In this document: piece after piece, positions 50,106 through 64,000 of the stretch
How the letters are laid out: each line of letters opens with the position of its first letter
Position numbering within the stretch: position 1 is the stretch's first letter
NCBI RefSeq assembly: GCF_004010195.1
Contig: NC_057710.1
Span: forward strand, 74,126,257-74,190,256
Source: Chiloscyllium plagiosum
Taxonomy: Eukaryota
Reading direction: 5' to 3'
Length of the DNA: 64,000 nt
Notes under the pieces: generated by a model
The model's database searches: none
What the model was told of the DNA's origin: nothing
The model's input: only the letters and a program-made list of their open reading frames with translations
Made by a program: the position numbers and the translations under genes

Positions 50106-53100
50106 AAACCCTTCCCACATTCAAACTTATCTTCTCATGCACCCTATCCCTTACCCACTTACCTTACCCACCCATCCTCTTACCCATCTTACCTTCATAC
50201 ATACCAACCTTCTCTCTATAAAGAAGCATTAAGATATTTACTGCAACTAGTCCCATGAAAAGAAAGGTGGCTTCTACTTGGATTCTCTCCACTGTTTCCT
50301 CCCAGGTTTTCCAAATGAGTTGGTCTGAAGGATCCCTTGTCAGAGAACTACTGTGAAAAATTGGAGAACAATTAAGTTTTTTTTTGTCTGAGCAACTTCT
50401 GAAATAAAGTTTCTTATGCTGATTAGATGACCTGGACCATTATGTCTTCAGCAATGGTCAGATATTCTTGTCCACATTTACAGTCTCGAATTTACTTGTT
50501 TTGATGCGTACAACTGCACTCACCTATTATACATTTACTTCAATTCGGTCTTTCACTGATGTCCCATCACATGCAGAAACATCACTTTTCATGTTTTCAT
50601 CAAGACTCATCGATATTCTTTTCAAGCTCTATTAACAGACTACTTGGCATAAAATAACAATATCACTGTGATTGAATTAATCTCCCTTGTGAGCATACAC
50701 AGTTCTGAATTCCATGTAAAGGTTAATGGCCTGAATCTTCTGAAAAAAAAAGAGGGATGTGATTCATTGCATGTGTCTAGACCCTGAGGAAGTCCTGACA
50801 TGTACAGTCCTTCTGTGAGAAATTTAAATTTTCGAATTGCCAGTTTTACCCTGCTCTGTCTGTCTGCTGTACAATTTCTTTCACAGCATTTGGATTAGTT
50901 GACCAGAAGCATGGAAACCTTGGCCATTCACTTGCCCTTTACTTGTCATAGTTTTTACACCAATTTGTTGAGAGTTTTTCACAGCAAATATAAAACCTGA
51001 TGAGGAACATACCTCAAAGTAAGTCAACCAGAGTATCAAAGGGCAAAGGCAATGTTTAAATCCCCTAGTGGCAATTTTCATTCCCTACTGAAGCTCACCT
51101 GTCTTTTGGCTCAGTTACCCCTCCTCCATCTCACCCCCTGATCATGTTCACCCTGACTCCTATCCAATGAATGTGGAAAGATTCTGGACTGTTAGTGATT
51201 GGGGGTGTGTGGGATGGTGAGCACACTGTGGGGTAATGGGGTTTGAGCATTGTCGATAAGGTTGACAGAAGGCGTGAATGTTGTTGTGGTGTAAGGATTG
51301 TTGGGGAACAAGTATTCCCAAAAGGGTCAGTAAGGAAGGAATGCCCATTGGAGAATAAGGATTTGAAGTTGTGAGTGAGGGGAGGGTGATCATTGGGAAG
51401 GGTTTTGGGGGCAGGGAGTGTGAATCACTGGGAACAATGAGTGAAGAAAGAGTGAGCATTGGGGGGGGCTGAGGATTTTGAGGGGGGTGAGTCAGAAGGA
51501 ATAAATATTGTCAGATAGGTGAGTGAGGATGAGGTGATTGCGCAGGGAGGTGGGGTAAGTATCTTGGAGGTGAGTGAGGAAGAATGAACGTTATTGGAGG
51601 GGTGATGATTGGGAGGAGGATGTGAATTGTCAGGGGAGTGAGAAACGGAAGGGTGAGCATTGTTATGAGAAGGTTAAGCATTTAGAGGCTGCGTGTGAGA
51701 TAAGATGATCATTATTTGGGGGATGAGGGAGTGAGAATTGTGAGGGTGGTGAATGAGGTCTTGATCCTTATTGGAGGTTGTCTACATTTATCACTGGTCA
51801 TCCAGCTCTAATCATTACTGGATTCAAACTGGAGTTGGGCTGGAAGGTGCTAAGATTTGAACATCAAAGAGTAAATGAGCAGATTCAATTGCAGTCAGCA
51901 GCAGATAGGCCATCCCCACTGCTACCAGAAGATCAAGGCCTTCACTTTGTCCCCACTGCCTCCTTGTGTGTTACAGATCACTCAGAGTGTCTGAGTTGCT
52001 GTGGAAACTTGGTTTTTACCTACATACTGTCGATTGGAACTTGTGATGGTTAAGGGACCATCTGTCCTGCCACCACATGCTGACCAGGAATCTCACCCAG
52101 CATTGCTGCATGCTATTAGCAAATGTTGGAAGGATTTCCAATTTGATAAACAGAATATTTGGTTTCATTATGAACACACTTCCTTTGGCCATCAGCTCCT
52201 TGGGTTGGGACTTAAAATCACAGCATCTGACTTAAAGGCTGGGACACTGCCCATTGAATGATAAAATCTCTCAATCAATGACTCTATTATTATTGATACT
52301 CCATTGGACATCCATTATCAAAACTATCATGTTGGTTATATTAAATCTCTGTTCCAAGCATTTATTTTTATACAAAGCGATGTTGTTTATTTTGTTTAAA
52401 AAATCTTGTCAATTTTAGCTTTCAGTCGGTATGGGTGAAGAGTTTAAAACTAATGTTGGTCCATCTCAATGACAGAGCTTTAGTATTCTGTAGCCTTAGG
52501 TCAATCCAAATGAATGCTTGGCATTGCCTTGAGAACTGCATTCATTTTGTTTATTAACAATTATTGCTATGAAAATGATTAATGTCTCTTTATTTGTTGT
52601 TAACAAAATGTGGTTTTAAAAGCTCATCAAGAGGCTATGTTGAAAGTATTAAGAATCTTGATATTTTATTGTATTTAGAAAATAAACATTGAATCAGAAA
52701 TGCTAAATTATTTAGCTGATTCTATATGGAGTACAATTTTTATATCATTAGCATTGTAACCCAACATAAATTTAATTTTCAGTTCTTAAGAGGGACAAGC
52801 ATGCCAATGAATACATGAGTGAAGAACACTGGGAGATGGTCCAAATAATAACAGCATTATATCTGATATCTTATTTGATGTGATGAAGAATCCAGTTTTG
52901 AGATTGCCTAATCTTTTTCTTTCTTTAATGACAATGTAAAGATAAAATCGGTTTTATCAATCTCTGTCTCAATCAGGAGAAAATCAACTGAAAATCAATA
53001 TCTTTAGCTTTGCATGCTACAATGGGAAGACCGTCCCTCAGGGGACACTAAACCATGTGGGTGTTGCAATGAAAATCAAAACATGTTACAGTGAGCACGC

Positions 53101-53194
53101 CAGTATAAATCAGTTGTTGCTTGGAAAAGAGGGGCTTATGTGGCATTAAAACTGTAAAATTCTAACAAAAAGAAAAATAAAGACCGTAGACCAT

Positions 53195-54560
53195 ATGATA
53201 GGAGCAAAAGTAGGCCATTCAGTCCATCGAGTCTGATTCGCCACTCAGTGAGATCATAACTGATCTCATCATCCTCAAAACCACTTTCCTGCCTTTTCCC
53301 ATTACCCTTAATTCCTTCCTGATTACAAATCTGTCTATCTCAGCCTTGAATATAGTTAATGACCCAACCTTGGCAACCCTCTGGGGTAAAAAATTCCTCA
53401 CAATCACTACCATCTGGAAGAAGAAGTTAAGAGTCATAGAGATGTACAGCATTGGAGCCGACCTTTTGATCCAACTTGTCCATACCGACCAGATATTCTT
53501 ATTTAATCTAGTCCCCATCTGTCAGCATTTGGCCCATATCCGCGAAACCTATCCTATTCATGTACCCATCCAGATGCCACTTAAATGTTGTAATTGTACC
53601 AAACTCCACCACTTCCTCAGGTAGCTCATTCTATACACACACTACCCTCTGCATGAAAACGTTGCCCCTTAGGTCCCTTATAAATGTTTCCCCTCTCACT
53701 TTAAACCTATGCCCTCTAGTTTTGGACTCCCGTACCCTCAGGAAAAAAACATTGACTATTCATCCTATCTATGCCCCTCATGATTTTATAATAAGGTCAT
53801 CCCTCAGCATCTGACATGCCAGGGAGAATAGCTCTAACCTATTCAGCCTCTCCTCCAATACTGACAACATTCTTGTAAATCTTTTCTGAACCTTTTCAAG
53901 TTTCACATCATCTTTCCTGTACCAGGGACACCAGAATTGATTGCAGTATTCCAAGAACGGCCTCTGTCCTGTACAGCCACAACAGCCTGACCTCCCAACT
54001 ACTAAACTCAATGCACAGTCCAATAAAGGCAAGCATGCCAAATGCCTTCTTCACTACCCTGCCTACTTGTGACCCCGCTTTCAACTAACTATGACCCTGG
54101 GATCGCAAGGTCTCTTTGTTTGGCAATTGCTCCTCATCTCTGGCTTAAATGTGTGAACCATCATTCTGAGATTATGCTCTCTGTCCTAGAGTGTCTCACA
54201 AGGGGAAGCAACCTCTACACATCTACCCTGTCAAGTCTTCTAAGAATCTTATATGTTTCAATAAAATCACCTCTTATTCTTCTAAATTCTAATGAGTCCA
54301 GACCCAACATATTAAACTTCTCTTTGTAAGACAATCCCTCCATAACAGGTCTCAGCCTAGTGAACCTTTTCTGGTCTGTCTCCAATTCCTTTCTCTTAGC
54401 TAAGGGACCCAAAACTATTCGCAACATTCCAGCTGTGGTCTGTCTAGTGCCTTGTATAGTTCTGCAAAATCTTCCTGCTTTTAAACTCCATTCCCTTTGA
54501 ATTAAAGACTAACATTCTATCTGCCTTCCCTGTTATTCATTGAACTTGTATGCTAGCTTT
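53195..54560 (-). mobile_element. Nested CR1 3' fragments (about 53432-54125 inserted in an older copy)
   Basis: Two separate CR1 3' tails (about 53195 and 53435); LEYCNQFWCP..LEKVQKRFTRML and SLEFRRIRGDFIETYKIL. Confidence 0.8.
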
Positions 54561-54879
54561 TTGAGAAATGAGAAAAGTTCTATTCAGCTACTTAGTTTTA
54601 CTTCTTCCCTGGCTTACTATCAGCAATCCCTTCCTCTGCTTCCCCTTTCTCTCTCTTTCTTTCTCTCTCCGGGCACCTTCTCCTCTACACCCTCAATGCC
54701 CAGCCCCCACCACCAGCAGAAATACCACCTTCTCCCAGCTGCTTTCAGTTCTAACCAAGGATTACGAGACTTGAAACTGCTACTCTCTCCACAGAAGCTA
54801 CCAAACCTGCTGAGTTTCTCCAGCACTTTCTGTTTTTGGTTTATTTCAGGTCTTAGCATCCATGGTTCTTTGTTAATTT

Positions 54880-55324
54880 AGCTCTGCTGAAAAACTTAAC
54901 AGAATAATAGATTATTTAACTGTTAAATGGTAAGTGTCCCAATATGGCAACATCTCATAAACAAACCCTTGGCAAAGGTAAATTCACTAAAATAGATTGT
55001 CTCAAATGCAATTCCAGCAGCAGGAAGAGAACCCCCAGCTATTTGCTGTAACAGAGGGAGGAAAAATAGCTTCCAAATCCAGCATCAAGAACCCAACAGC
55101 AACTACTGCTGACAAACTAAAACTAAAAATCTTGGTTCTGTAGGAGTTTGACCTCACCAATTCAGGCTGCCTCTGTTGTTCCAAGTTCACAAACTCAAGG
55201 TCTCACAAGGTGTTTATTGGCTTTGGAGCAGACTGATTGGTACCTCTTCCTCAATCTTTTTTTAATAAATAAAAAAACAGGTCCTGAAGGCAACTACACC
55301 TTCTGAAGCCAAAGTACTTTTACA
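54880..55324 (-). mobile_element. Partial solo LTR related to 9503-10720
   Basis: Collinear inverse matches (agaataatagatta; ttggcaaag; aaatagatt; ctcacaag..cagactg; tacacc) ending at taca 55324. Confidence 0.55.
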
Positions 55325-56926
55325 ATATGCTCTCATCATGTCAAGACTTGTGGTTCCTGGTGTGAAATTACCGAACAGTTTTGAAATATTAACAATAAAC
55401 CAAACAAAACAATTACAATTTGTATTTATTCTTCATTAAGAAATCAGAGAGCAAAATCTGGGATAGGTGTTCATAAAAATGCAATAGCATAAATGACAAA
55501 ATTCATGTATTCCTGCATTTGTAAAAGCACAGTTCTGAGGAAATGTCACTCAACCCAAAACATTAACTTTGAGTTATCTCCACAGATACTGCCAGACCTG
55601 TTGAGCTTTTCCAGCGATGTCTATTTTTGTATTAGAGCTAACGTGTTAAATTTTAATATAATTACTTTACACACAGATCTTCTTATTCTTTCCTCATGGT
55701 GAACCAAAAGAAATACTGGAGTATAAATTTGTCTTGGGAAGGAGCCCAAATAGGCAAAGGCAGCAAGGGATTCCAGTGAGCCTCACCTTTCCTGTGTCAT
55801 GTCCCTAGTTAAGGCACTGAGTCAACTGAAGGGTCCCCTGGAGATACAAGCAGGCCACAGTTTAACCTGTTGTGAAAAAAATCACATGCTGACTGGCCTG
55901 CTCACCATCACCTCAATGGTGACATAGCACAGATGCCACTGCCTGAAACTAATCACATGGCAGGACATGGATTAATTTAACAAATAATTAATTCATAGGA
56001 TATGAACATAACTGGTCAAAGCAACATTTATTACTGATCCTTAATAGTTTGAGGGAAGATGATAGTAATCCATCTTTTTCAACTACCACAATCTTTGGAT
56101 GAATGGAGAGATTTTCCAACTCATGCTACCCACCTCAGTGCATCTCATCCAGCTCAGAAACTTAAAGGTTCAAATCTCAGTCTTGATCAATGGAGACTGG
56201 AAAGTAGATATTGACTTTTGTGATAGCATACACGCAGCCTTTTTTCTATTTGTGTACAAACGTATTTTTTTGGTGAAAGAATTTTAGGAGCTTCTTGTGA
56301 ATATGTTTAATGACTGACTACCATGGTAACCAACTGCAAAAATTAAAATTTATCAAGCCAGGTTTCAATCTGAGATCTCACTATTCCAGTATTACTATCT
56401 GTTAGGATTATAACAGCCTGCAATTTAAGATAATGCATAACAGACATACAACAGGACCATCTCCAATAAGAGTCAATCTAACCATGCATCTTGATATTCA
56501 ATGATGCTACATTCACTGAATCCCCACGATCAACATCCTGGAGGTTATATTGATCAGAACCCGAAAGAGACTTTCTTTGGCTTCAGCTGTTTCATTAACT
56601 GAATTAGCAAAGGAGTTACCTCTTTTGACAAGAAACTTAAACATTTCTTCTTAGAACCTAAAACTTAAATCAGTGGCGTAACTAAAAAAAAATTCCATAG
56701 GAGGATATCTGTAAAAATGCAAGAAGGATCTTGATTTGCAACAGGACCCACGCCTTGCAATTGAAGATTCTCCACATGGTCCATCTGGCCCAAGACCACT
56801 TTGCTACATTTAAAGAGGGAGCACCTCCAATGTATGCTAAATGTAATGTGAACATGGGACAGACTGCGTGCATACTAGAGTGCAGTGGTAGGCAAAATAG
56901 AGAAGGCCTTGAGAACAGAGGTGGAG

Positions 56927-58432
56927 ATAACAAAGAACAAAGGAAATTTACAGCCCAGGGACAGGCCCTTCAGCCTGCAAGCCTGAGCCAATCCAAATCC
57001 ATTGTCTAAACCTGTCGCCCAATTCCTAAACATCTGTATCCCTCTACTCCCCACCTACTCATGCATCTGTCCGGATGCATCTTAAATGAATCTACCATGC
57101 CTGCCTCTACGACTTCTGCTGGCAATGCGTTCCAGGCAACCGACCACCCTTTGTGTAAAGTACTTGCCACTTGTATCCCCCTTAAACTTTTCACCTCTTA
57201 TCTTGGAAGCGTGACCTCTCGTTATTAAATCCTTCACCCTGGGATAAAGCTTATCTCTGTCTATCCTGTCTATACCCTTCATAATTTTGTAGACCTCAAT
57301 CAGGTCCACCCTCAATCTCCTTTTTTCTAATGAAAACAATCCCAACCTACTCAACCTCTCTTCATAGCTAGCACCTTCCAAACCAGGCAACGTCCTTGTA
57401 AACTTTCTCTGCACTCTCTCCAAAACATCCACATCCTTTTGGTAATGTGGCCACCAGAACTGTACACAGTATTCCAAATGCAGCCGAACCAATGTCTTGT
57501 ACAATTTTAACATGCCTGCTCTTATACTTAATATCTCCTCCGATGAAAGTGAGCATACCATATGCCTTCTTGACCACTCTATCCACCTGTGCAGCAATCT
57601 TCAGGGTACAATGGACCTGAACTCCCAGATCTCTCTGCTCATCAACTTTTCCCAAGGCTCTTCCATTTACTGTATAATTCGCTCTAGAATTAGACTTCCC
57701 AAAATGCACCAACTCACATTTGCCTGGATTGAACTCCATCTGCTACTTCCCTGCCCAACTCTCCAGTCTATCTATTTTTCCCTGTATTCTTTGACAGTCC
57801 CCTATACTTTCTGCTACTCCACCAATCTTGGTATCATCTGCAAACTTGCTGATCATACCAACAGTGAAATCTTCCAGATCATTTGTGTATATCACAAACA
57901 ACAGTGGCTCCAGCACTGATCCCTGTGGAACACCACTGTGATCTTTCTGCATTTCCAGAAACTCCCTTCATCTACTACTCTCTGTCTCCTGTCAACTGGT
58001 TGTTGTTCAACCAGTTCTTTATCCATCTAGCTTGAACACACTGCACACCATAAGGTTTGACTTTCTCCATTAGTTTACCATGGGGAATCTTATCAAACGC
58101 CTTACTACAGTCCATGTATATGACATCTACAGCCCTTCCTTCATCTATCAACTTGGTCACTTCCTTAAAGAACTCTATTAAGTTGGAAAGGCATGATCTC
58201 CCCTGCACAAAATCATGTTGCCTAACACTGATAAGCCCATTCTTTTCGAAATATAAATAGATATTATCCCTCAGTACCTAGCTAGAACACACTGCACACC
58301 ATATGACTTCACTTTCTCCATTAGTTTACCATGGGGAATCTTATCAAACACTTTACTAAAGTCCATGTATATGACATCTACAGTCCTTCCTTCATCTATT
58401 AACTTTGTCACTTCCTTAAAGAACTCTATCAA
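56927..58432 (-). mobile_element. CR1 LINE 3' half with a duplicated ~155-bp RT segment
   Basis: ORFs 57082..57597, 57368..57739, 57743..57952 (GVPQGSVL..FADDTK) and 57975..58208; 58026-58180 repeated at 58278-58432. Confidence 0.92.
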
Positions 58433-60674
58433 TTCAGTATGTGGATGTACCTACTAGAGATGGTGCAAAACTTGACCTACTCTTTGGAAATAAGGCAGAG
58501 CTGGTGACTAAGGAGTCAGTGGGGGAGCACTTTGGGGCCAGTGACCATAATTCTATTCGTTTTAAAATAATGATGGAAAAGGATAGACCAGATCTAAAAG
58601 TTGAAGTTCTAAATTGGAGAAAAGCCAATTTTGACAGTATTAGGCAAGAACTTTCGAAAGCTGATTGGAGGCAGAAGTTCGCAGGTAAAGGGACGGGTGG
58701 AAAATGGGAAGCCTTCAGAAATGAGATAACAAGAATCTCGAGATAGTTTATTCCTGTCAGGGTGAAAGGGAAGGCCAGTAGGTATAGGAATGCTGGATGA
58801 CTAAAGAAATTGAGGGTTTGGTTAAGAAAAAGAAGGAAGCATATGTCAGGTACAGACAGGATAGATCGAGTGAATCCTTAGAAGACTATAAAGAAAGTAG
58901 GAGTATACTTAAGAGGGAAATCAGGAGGGCAAAACAGGTTCATGAGATAGCTTTGGCAAATAGAATTAAGGAGAATCCAAAGGGTTTTTATAAATATATT
59001 AAGGACAAAAGGGTAACTAGGGAGAGAATAAGGCCCCTCAAAGATCAACAAGGCGGCCTTTGTGTGGAGCAACAAAAAATGGGGGAGATACTAAATGAAT
59101 ATTTTACATCAGTATTTACTGTGGAAAAGGATATGAAAGATATAGACTGTAGGGAAATAGATGGTGACATCTTGCAAAATGTCCAGATTACAGAGGAGGA
59201 AGTGCTGGATGTCTAGAAACGGTTAAAGGTGGATAAATCCCCAGGACATGATCAGGTGTACCCGAGAACTCTGTGGGAAGCTAGAGAAGTGATTGCTGGG
59301 CCTCTTGTGTGCAAGTTGTTGGAGGGAATCCTGAAGGACAGGATGTACATGTATTTGGAGAGACAAGGACTGATTCAGAATAGTCAACATGGCTTTGTGC
59401 ATGGGAAATCATGTCTCACAAACCTGATTGAGTTTTTTGAAGAATTAACAAAGAAGATTGATGAGGGCAGAGCAGCAGATGTGATCTATATGGACTTCAG
59501 TAAGGCGTTCGACAAGATTCCCCATGGGAGACTGATTAGCAAGGTTAGATCTCATGAAATTCAAAGAGAGCTAGCCATTTGGATACAGAACTGGCTCAAA
59601 GGTAGAATTTAGAGGGTGATGGTGGAGGGTTGTTTTTCAGACTGGAGGCCTATGCCCAGTGGAGTGCCACAAGGATCGGTGTTGGGTTCTCTATTTTTTG
59701 TCATTTACATAAATGATTTGGATACGAGCATCAGAGGTACAGTTTGCAGATGACACCAAAATTGGAGATATAGTGGACAGCGAAGAGGGTTACCTCAGAT
59801 TACAACAGAATCTGGACCAGATGGGTGAGTGGGCTGAGAACTGGCAGATGGAGTTCAATTCAGATAAATGCGAGGTGCTGCATTTTGGGAAAGCAAATCT
59901 TAGCAGGACTTATACACTTAATGGTAAGGTCCTGGCGAGTGTTGCTGAACAAAGAGACCTTGGAGTGCAGGTTCATAGCTCCTTGAAAGTGGAGTCACAG
60001 GTAGATAGGATAGTGAAGAAGGCGTTTGGTGTGCTTTCCTTTATCGGTCAGAGTATTGAGTACAGGAGTTGGGACATCATGTTGCAACTGTACAGGACAT
60101 TGGTTAGGCCACTGTTGGAATATTGTGTGCAATTCTGGTCTCCTTCCTATCAGAAAGATGTTGTGACACTTAAAAGGATTCAGAAAAGATTTACAAGGAT
60201 GTTGCCAGGGTTGGAGGATTTGAGCTATGGGGAGAGGCTGAACAGGCTGGAGCTGTTTTCCCTGGAGCGTCGGAGGCTGAGGGGTGACCTTATAGAGGTT
60301 TACAAAATTATGAGGGGCATGGATAGGATAAATAGACAAAGTTTTTCCTAGGGGCCGAGGTGTCCAGAACTAGAGGGCATAGGTTTAGCTTGAGAGTGGA
60401 AAGATATAAAAGAGGCCTAAGGGGCAGCTTTTTCACGCAGATGGTGGTACGTGTATGGAATGAGCTGCCATAGGATGTGGTGGAGGCTGGTACAATTGCA
60501 AGATTTAAGAGGCATTTGGATGGATATATGAATAGGAAGGTTTTGGAGGGATATGGGCCGGGTGCTGGCAGGTGTGTGGGACTAGATTGGGTTGGGATAT
60601 CTGGTCAGCATGGACGGGTTGGACCGAAGGGTCTGTTTCTGTGCTGTACATCTCTATGACTCTATGACTCTATG
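58433..60674 (+). mobile_element. CR1 LINE ORF2 (endonuclease end to 3' UTR), disrupted
   Basis: PTR..A.LDL..SDHN; QHGF..KSCLTNL; FADDTK; LEYCVQFWSP; (CTATGACT)n tail. Confidence 0.93.
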
Positions 60675-60970
60675 GTTAGTTGTACAATTTCTCCTGTCAT
60701 CCACGGTTCATGAATCTTGCCTTTCCTATCCCTTGCTTTCAACGGGACATGCCTATCCTGCACTATCTTCAACCTATCTTCGAAAGTCTCCCACATACCA
60801 AATATGGACTTCCCTTCAAATAGCTGTGTCCATTCCACATTTCCCAGCTCCTGCCTAATTTTGATATAATTGGCCTTGGCCCCCCGGTTTAGTACTCTTC
60901 CCTTAGGGCCACTCTCATCTTTGTCTATGAGTATTCTAAAACTTACAGAAATGTGGTCACTATTCCCAAA
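60675..60970 (-). mobile_element. CR1 endonuclease/linker fragment of a different subfamily
   Basis: FGNSDHISVSFRIL..KANY..IRQEL..W..F..HVP..PWMT in ORF 60662..61042. Confidence 0.8.
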
Positions 60971-60971
60971 G

Positions 60972-62930
60972 AAAATAGTGATGGAAAAAGATAGACCAGA
61001 TCTAAAAGATGGGGAAAGGTCAATTTTGATGGTATTAGGCAAGAACTTTCAAAAGCTGATGGGGCGTAGATGTTTGCAGGCAAAGGGACGGCTGAAAGAT
61101 AGGAAGCCTTCAGAACTGAGATAATGAGAATCCAGAGAAAGTATATTCCTGTTAGGGTGAAAGGAAAGGCCGGTAGGTGTAGGGAATGCTGGATGACTAA
61201 AGAAATTGTGGGTTTGGTTAAGAAAAAGAAGGAAGCATATGTCAGGTATAGACATGATGGATCGAGTGAATCCTTAGAAGAGTAGAAAGGCAGTAGCAGT
61301 ATACTTAAGAGGGAAATCAGGAGGGCAAAAAGGGGGCATGAGGTAGCTTTGGCAAATAGAATTAAGGAGAATCCAAAGGGTTTTAACAAATACATTAAGG
61401 ACAAAAGTGTAACTAGGGAGAGAATAAGGCCCCTCAAAGATCAGCAAGGCAGCCTTTATGTGTGGAGCTGCAGGAGATGGGCGAGAAACTAAACGAGTAT
61501 TCTGCATCAGTATTTCCTGTGGAAAGGATATGGAAGATATAGACTGTAGGGAAACAGATGGTGACATCTTGCAAAATGTCCAGATTACAGAGGAGGAAGT
61601 GCTGGATATCTTGAAACGCATAGAGGTGGATCCCCAGGACTGATTCAGAATAGTCAACATGGCTTTGTGCATGGGAAATCATGTCTCACAAACTTGATTG
61701 AGTTTTTTAAAGAAGTAACAAAGAGGATTGATGAGGGCAGAGCGGTAGATGTGATCTATATGGACTTCAGTAAGGCGTTCAACAAGGTTCCCCATGGGAG
61801 ACTGATTAGCAAGGTTAGATCTCACAGAATACAGGGAGAACTAGCCATTTGGATGCAGAACTGGCTCAAAGGTAGAAGACAGAGGGTAGAGGTGGAGAGT
61901 TGTTTTTCAGACTGGAGGCCTATGACCACAAGGATCGGTGCTGGGTCGTTTACTTTTTGTCATTTACGTAAATGATTTGGATGCGAGCAAAAGAAGTACA
62001 GTTCGTAAGTTTGCAGATTACACCAAAATTCAAAGTGCAGTGGACAGTGAAGAAGGTTACCACAGATTAAAACAGGATCTGGACCAGATGGGCCAATGGG
62101 CTGAGAAGTGACAGATGGAGTTCAATTCAGATAAATGCGAGGTGCTGCATTTTGGGAAAGCAAATCTTAGCAGGACTTATACACTTAATGGTAAGGTCCT
62201 CGGGAGTGTTGCTGAACAAAGAGACCTTGGAGTGCAGGTTCATAGCTCCTTGAAAGTGGAGTCACAGGTAGATAGGATAGTGAAGAAGGCGTTTGGTATG
62301 CTTTCATTTTATTTGTCAGAGTATTGAGTACAGGAGTTGGAACATCATGTTGTGGCTATACAGGACATTGGTTCAGCCACTGTTGGAATATTGTGTGCAA
62401 TTCTGGTCTCCTTCCTATCAGAAAGATGTTGTGACACTTAAAAGGATTCAGAAAAGATTTACAAGGATGTTGCCAGGGTTGGAGGATTTGAGCTATGGGG
62501 AGAGACTGAACAGGCTGGGACTGTTTTCCTGGAGCGTTGGAGGCTGAGGGGTGACCTTATAGAGGTTTACAAAATTATGAGGGGCATGGATAGGATAGAT
62601 CGGCAAAGTCTTTTCCCTGGGGTCGGGGAGTCCAGTCCATAGGTTTAGGGTGAGAGGGGAAAGATATAAAAGAGACCCGAGGGACAACTTTTTCACACAG
62701 AGGGTGGTACGTGTATGGAATGTGCTGCCAGAGGAAGTGGTGGAGGCTGGTACAATTGCAAGATTTAAGAGGCATTTGGATGGATATATGACTGGGAAGG
62801 GTTTGGAGGGATATGGGCCGGGTGCTGGCAGGTGGGACTAGACTGAGTTGGGATATCTGGTCGGCATGGACAGGTTGGACCGAAGGGTCTGTTTCCATGG
62901 TGTACAACCCTATGATTCTATGACTCTATA
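60972..62930 (+). mobile_element. Second CR1 copy closely similar to 58564-60674
   Basis: Collinear with the first copy; internal deletion at about 61635; (CTATGA[C/T]T)n tail. Confidence 0.93.
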
Positions 62931-62979
62931 AATCCTCCACTGCAACTTCTACCATCTGGCCTGGCTCATTCCCCAACAC

Positions 62980-63490
62980 AAGGTGGACTCGGTATCTCTT
63001 CTTCTTGGCTTTGTTAATTCACTTGTATTCGATGCACACAAAAAAGGCTTTTCAGTGTCCTCACTTTTTGTGCAAGAAAGAACATTCTATTCAGGTGGGT
63101 GTCAGAAAATCCCCCGATGCTGGTGGGCTGGCGTAAGGTAGTCATGGAGCACATCCCTTTGGACTTTCTTATGACTACGGTGCACCATAAAACTGAGAAT
63201 TTCCATAAGATGTGGTGGCCCTTTTCAGACTGCCTGCGTACAGTTTTGTCCACCATACTAATAAGGGCCTTTATATAGCCATGACAATTCTGTGTAATGA
63301 ATCTTGTGTCCAGAGAGAAGCAGCTACAAACATATGAATATATATAAACTTGTGTGCTTGATGATCTAGAGCTATTACTTTGTTTTGCTGAGCTGTGTTA
63401 TGGTTATTATCATCATTATTATTAAGATTTTCATTTTTTAGCTTTGTTATTAGTTATTATTTATTTATCTCTGTAATTAGTGGGTTTTTT
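62980..63490 (+). mobile_element. L1-clade LINE ORF2 C-terminus and 3' UTR remnant
   Basis: Manual translation: SLLLG..LTFCARKNILFRWVSENPP..GWRKVVMEHIPLDFL..NFHKMWWPF, typical of fish-type L1 ORF2 ends; T-rich 3' UTR. Confidence 0.7.
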
Positions 63491-63492
63491 TA

Positions 63493-63711
63493 AGATTAGA
63501 TTAGATTAGATTACANNNNNNNNNNNNNNNNNNNNNNNNNNNNNNNNNNNNNNNNNNNNNNNNNNNNNNNNNNNNNNNNNNNNNNNNGAGGAAACCCACG
63601 CAGACACGGGGAGAACGTGCAAACTCCACACAGTCAGTCGCCTGAGGTGGGAATTGAACCCGGGTCTCTGGCGGTGTGAGACAGCAGTGCTAACCACTGT
63701 GCCACCATGCC
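63493..63711 (-). mobile_element. HE1-type V-SINE containing a 72-N gap (63516-63587)
   Basis: (GATTA)n tail; inverse of the 31254 SINE head and V domain. Confidence 0.88.
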
Positions 63712-64000
63712 GTGATTTGAAATGTTTGGTTTTGTATTTGTTGTAATATTCAAAAGAAATAAAAACAATTTAAAAACAAATTCCAAAAATATTCACTTTA
63801 AAATCCATGCTAATGTGGAAATATGTCCAGGCAGGCAGGCCACTTCAAGCGAAATTTCAATGTTGCATATCTCTTTGAGTTTATTCTCATGGCAAATGTT
63901 TGACCCTGCACATGTATAGGTGCTGAATCTGTGCACATGCTCAATATTGGAAGCCACTATGTGAAGTGGCGTTGCTCCTTAGAATTATCTGGCGTTTTAT

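Noticed and set aside
51160-51780. Purine/GT-rich tract (also pyrimidine-rich 36040-36250 and 49780-50220)
   Set aside because: Low-complexity sequence with no definable repeat unit
1-64000. Numerous 60-200 aa ORFs as host genes
   Set aside because: They are transposon fragments, antisense shadows of CR1/Penelope, or low-complexity chance ORFs; no host protein was recognised

Overview
Repeat-dominated eukaryotic (vertebrate) DNA, intronic or intergenic, with no recognisable host protein-coding exon. The repeat set (CR1/HER1-type LINEs, HE1-type V-SINEs, DeuSINE-like elements, Penelope-like elements) points to a cartilaginous fish such as a shark; this is an inference. Nearly all long ORFs in the track are disrupted CR1 ORF1/ORF2 pieces, Penelope RT/GIY-YIG pieces, or their antisense shadows. 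The window also holds a decayed Gypsy pol (RNase H plus integrase), two related solo LTRs, an L1 ORF2 C-terminal remnant and two N gaps. Two observations stand out. First, many short Penelope-derived insertions carry minimal type I hammerhead ribozyme cores (CUGANGA-stem II-GAAA-palindromic tetramer) from at least three families. Four of these insertions are fold-back palindromes with 12-18 bp target-site duplications, and one is a retrozyme-like tandem unit. Second, a tRNA-Pro(UGG)-like gene has an 18-nt insertion at the canonical intron position and lies 27 nt upstream of an intact hammerhead core. Family names come from motif recognition by eye, and boundaries of decayed repeats are approximate.
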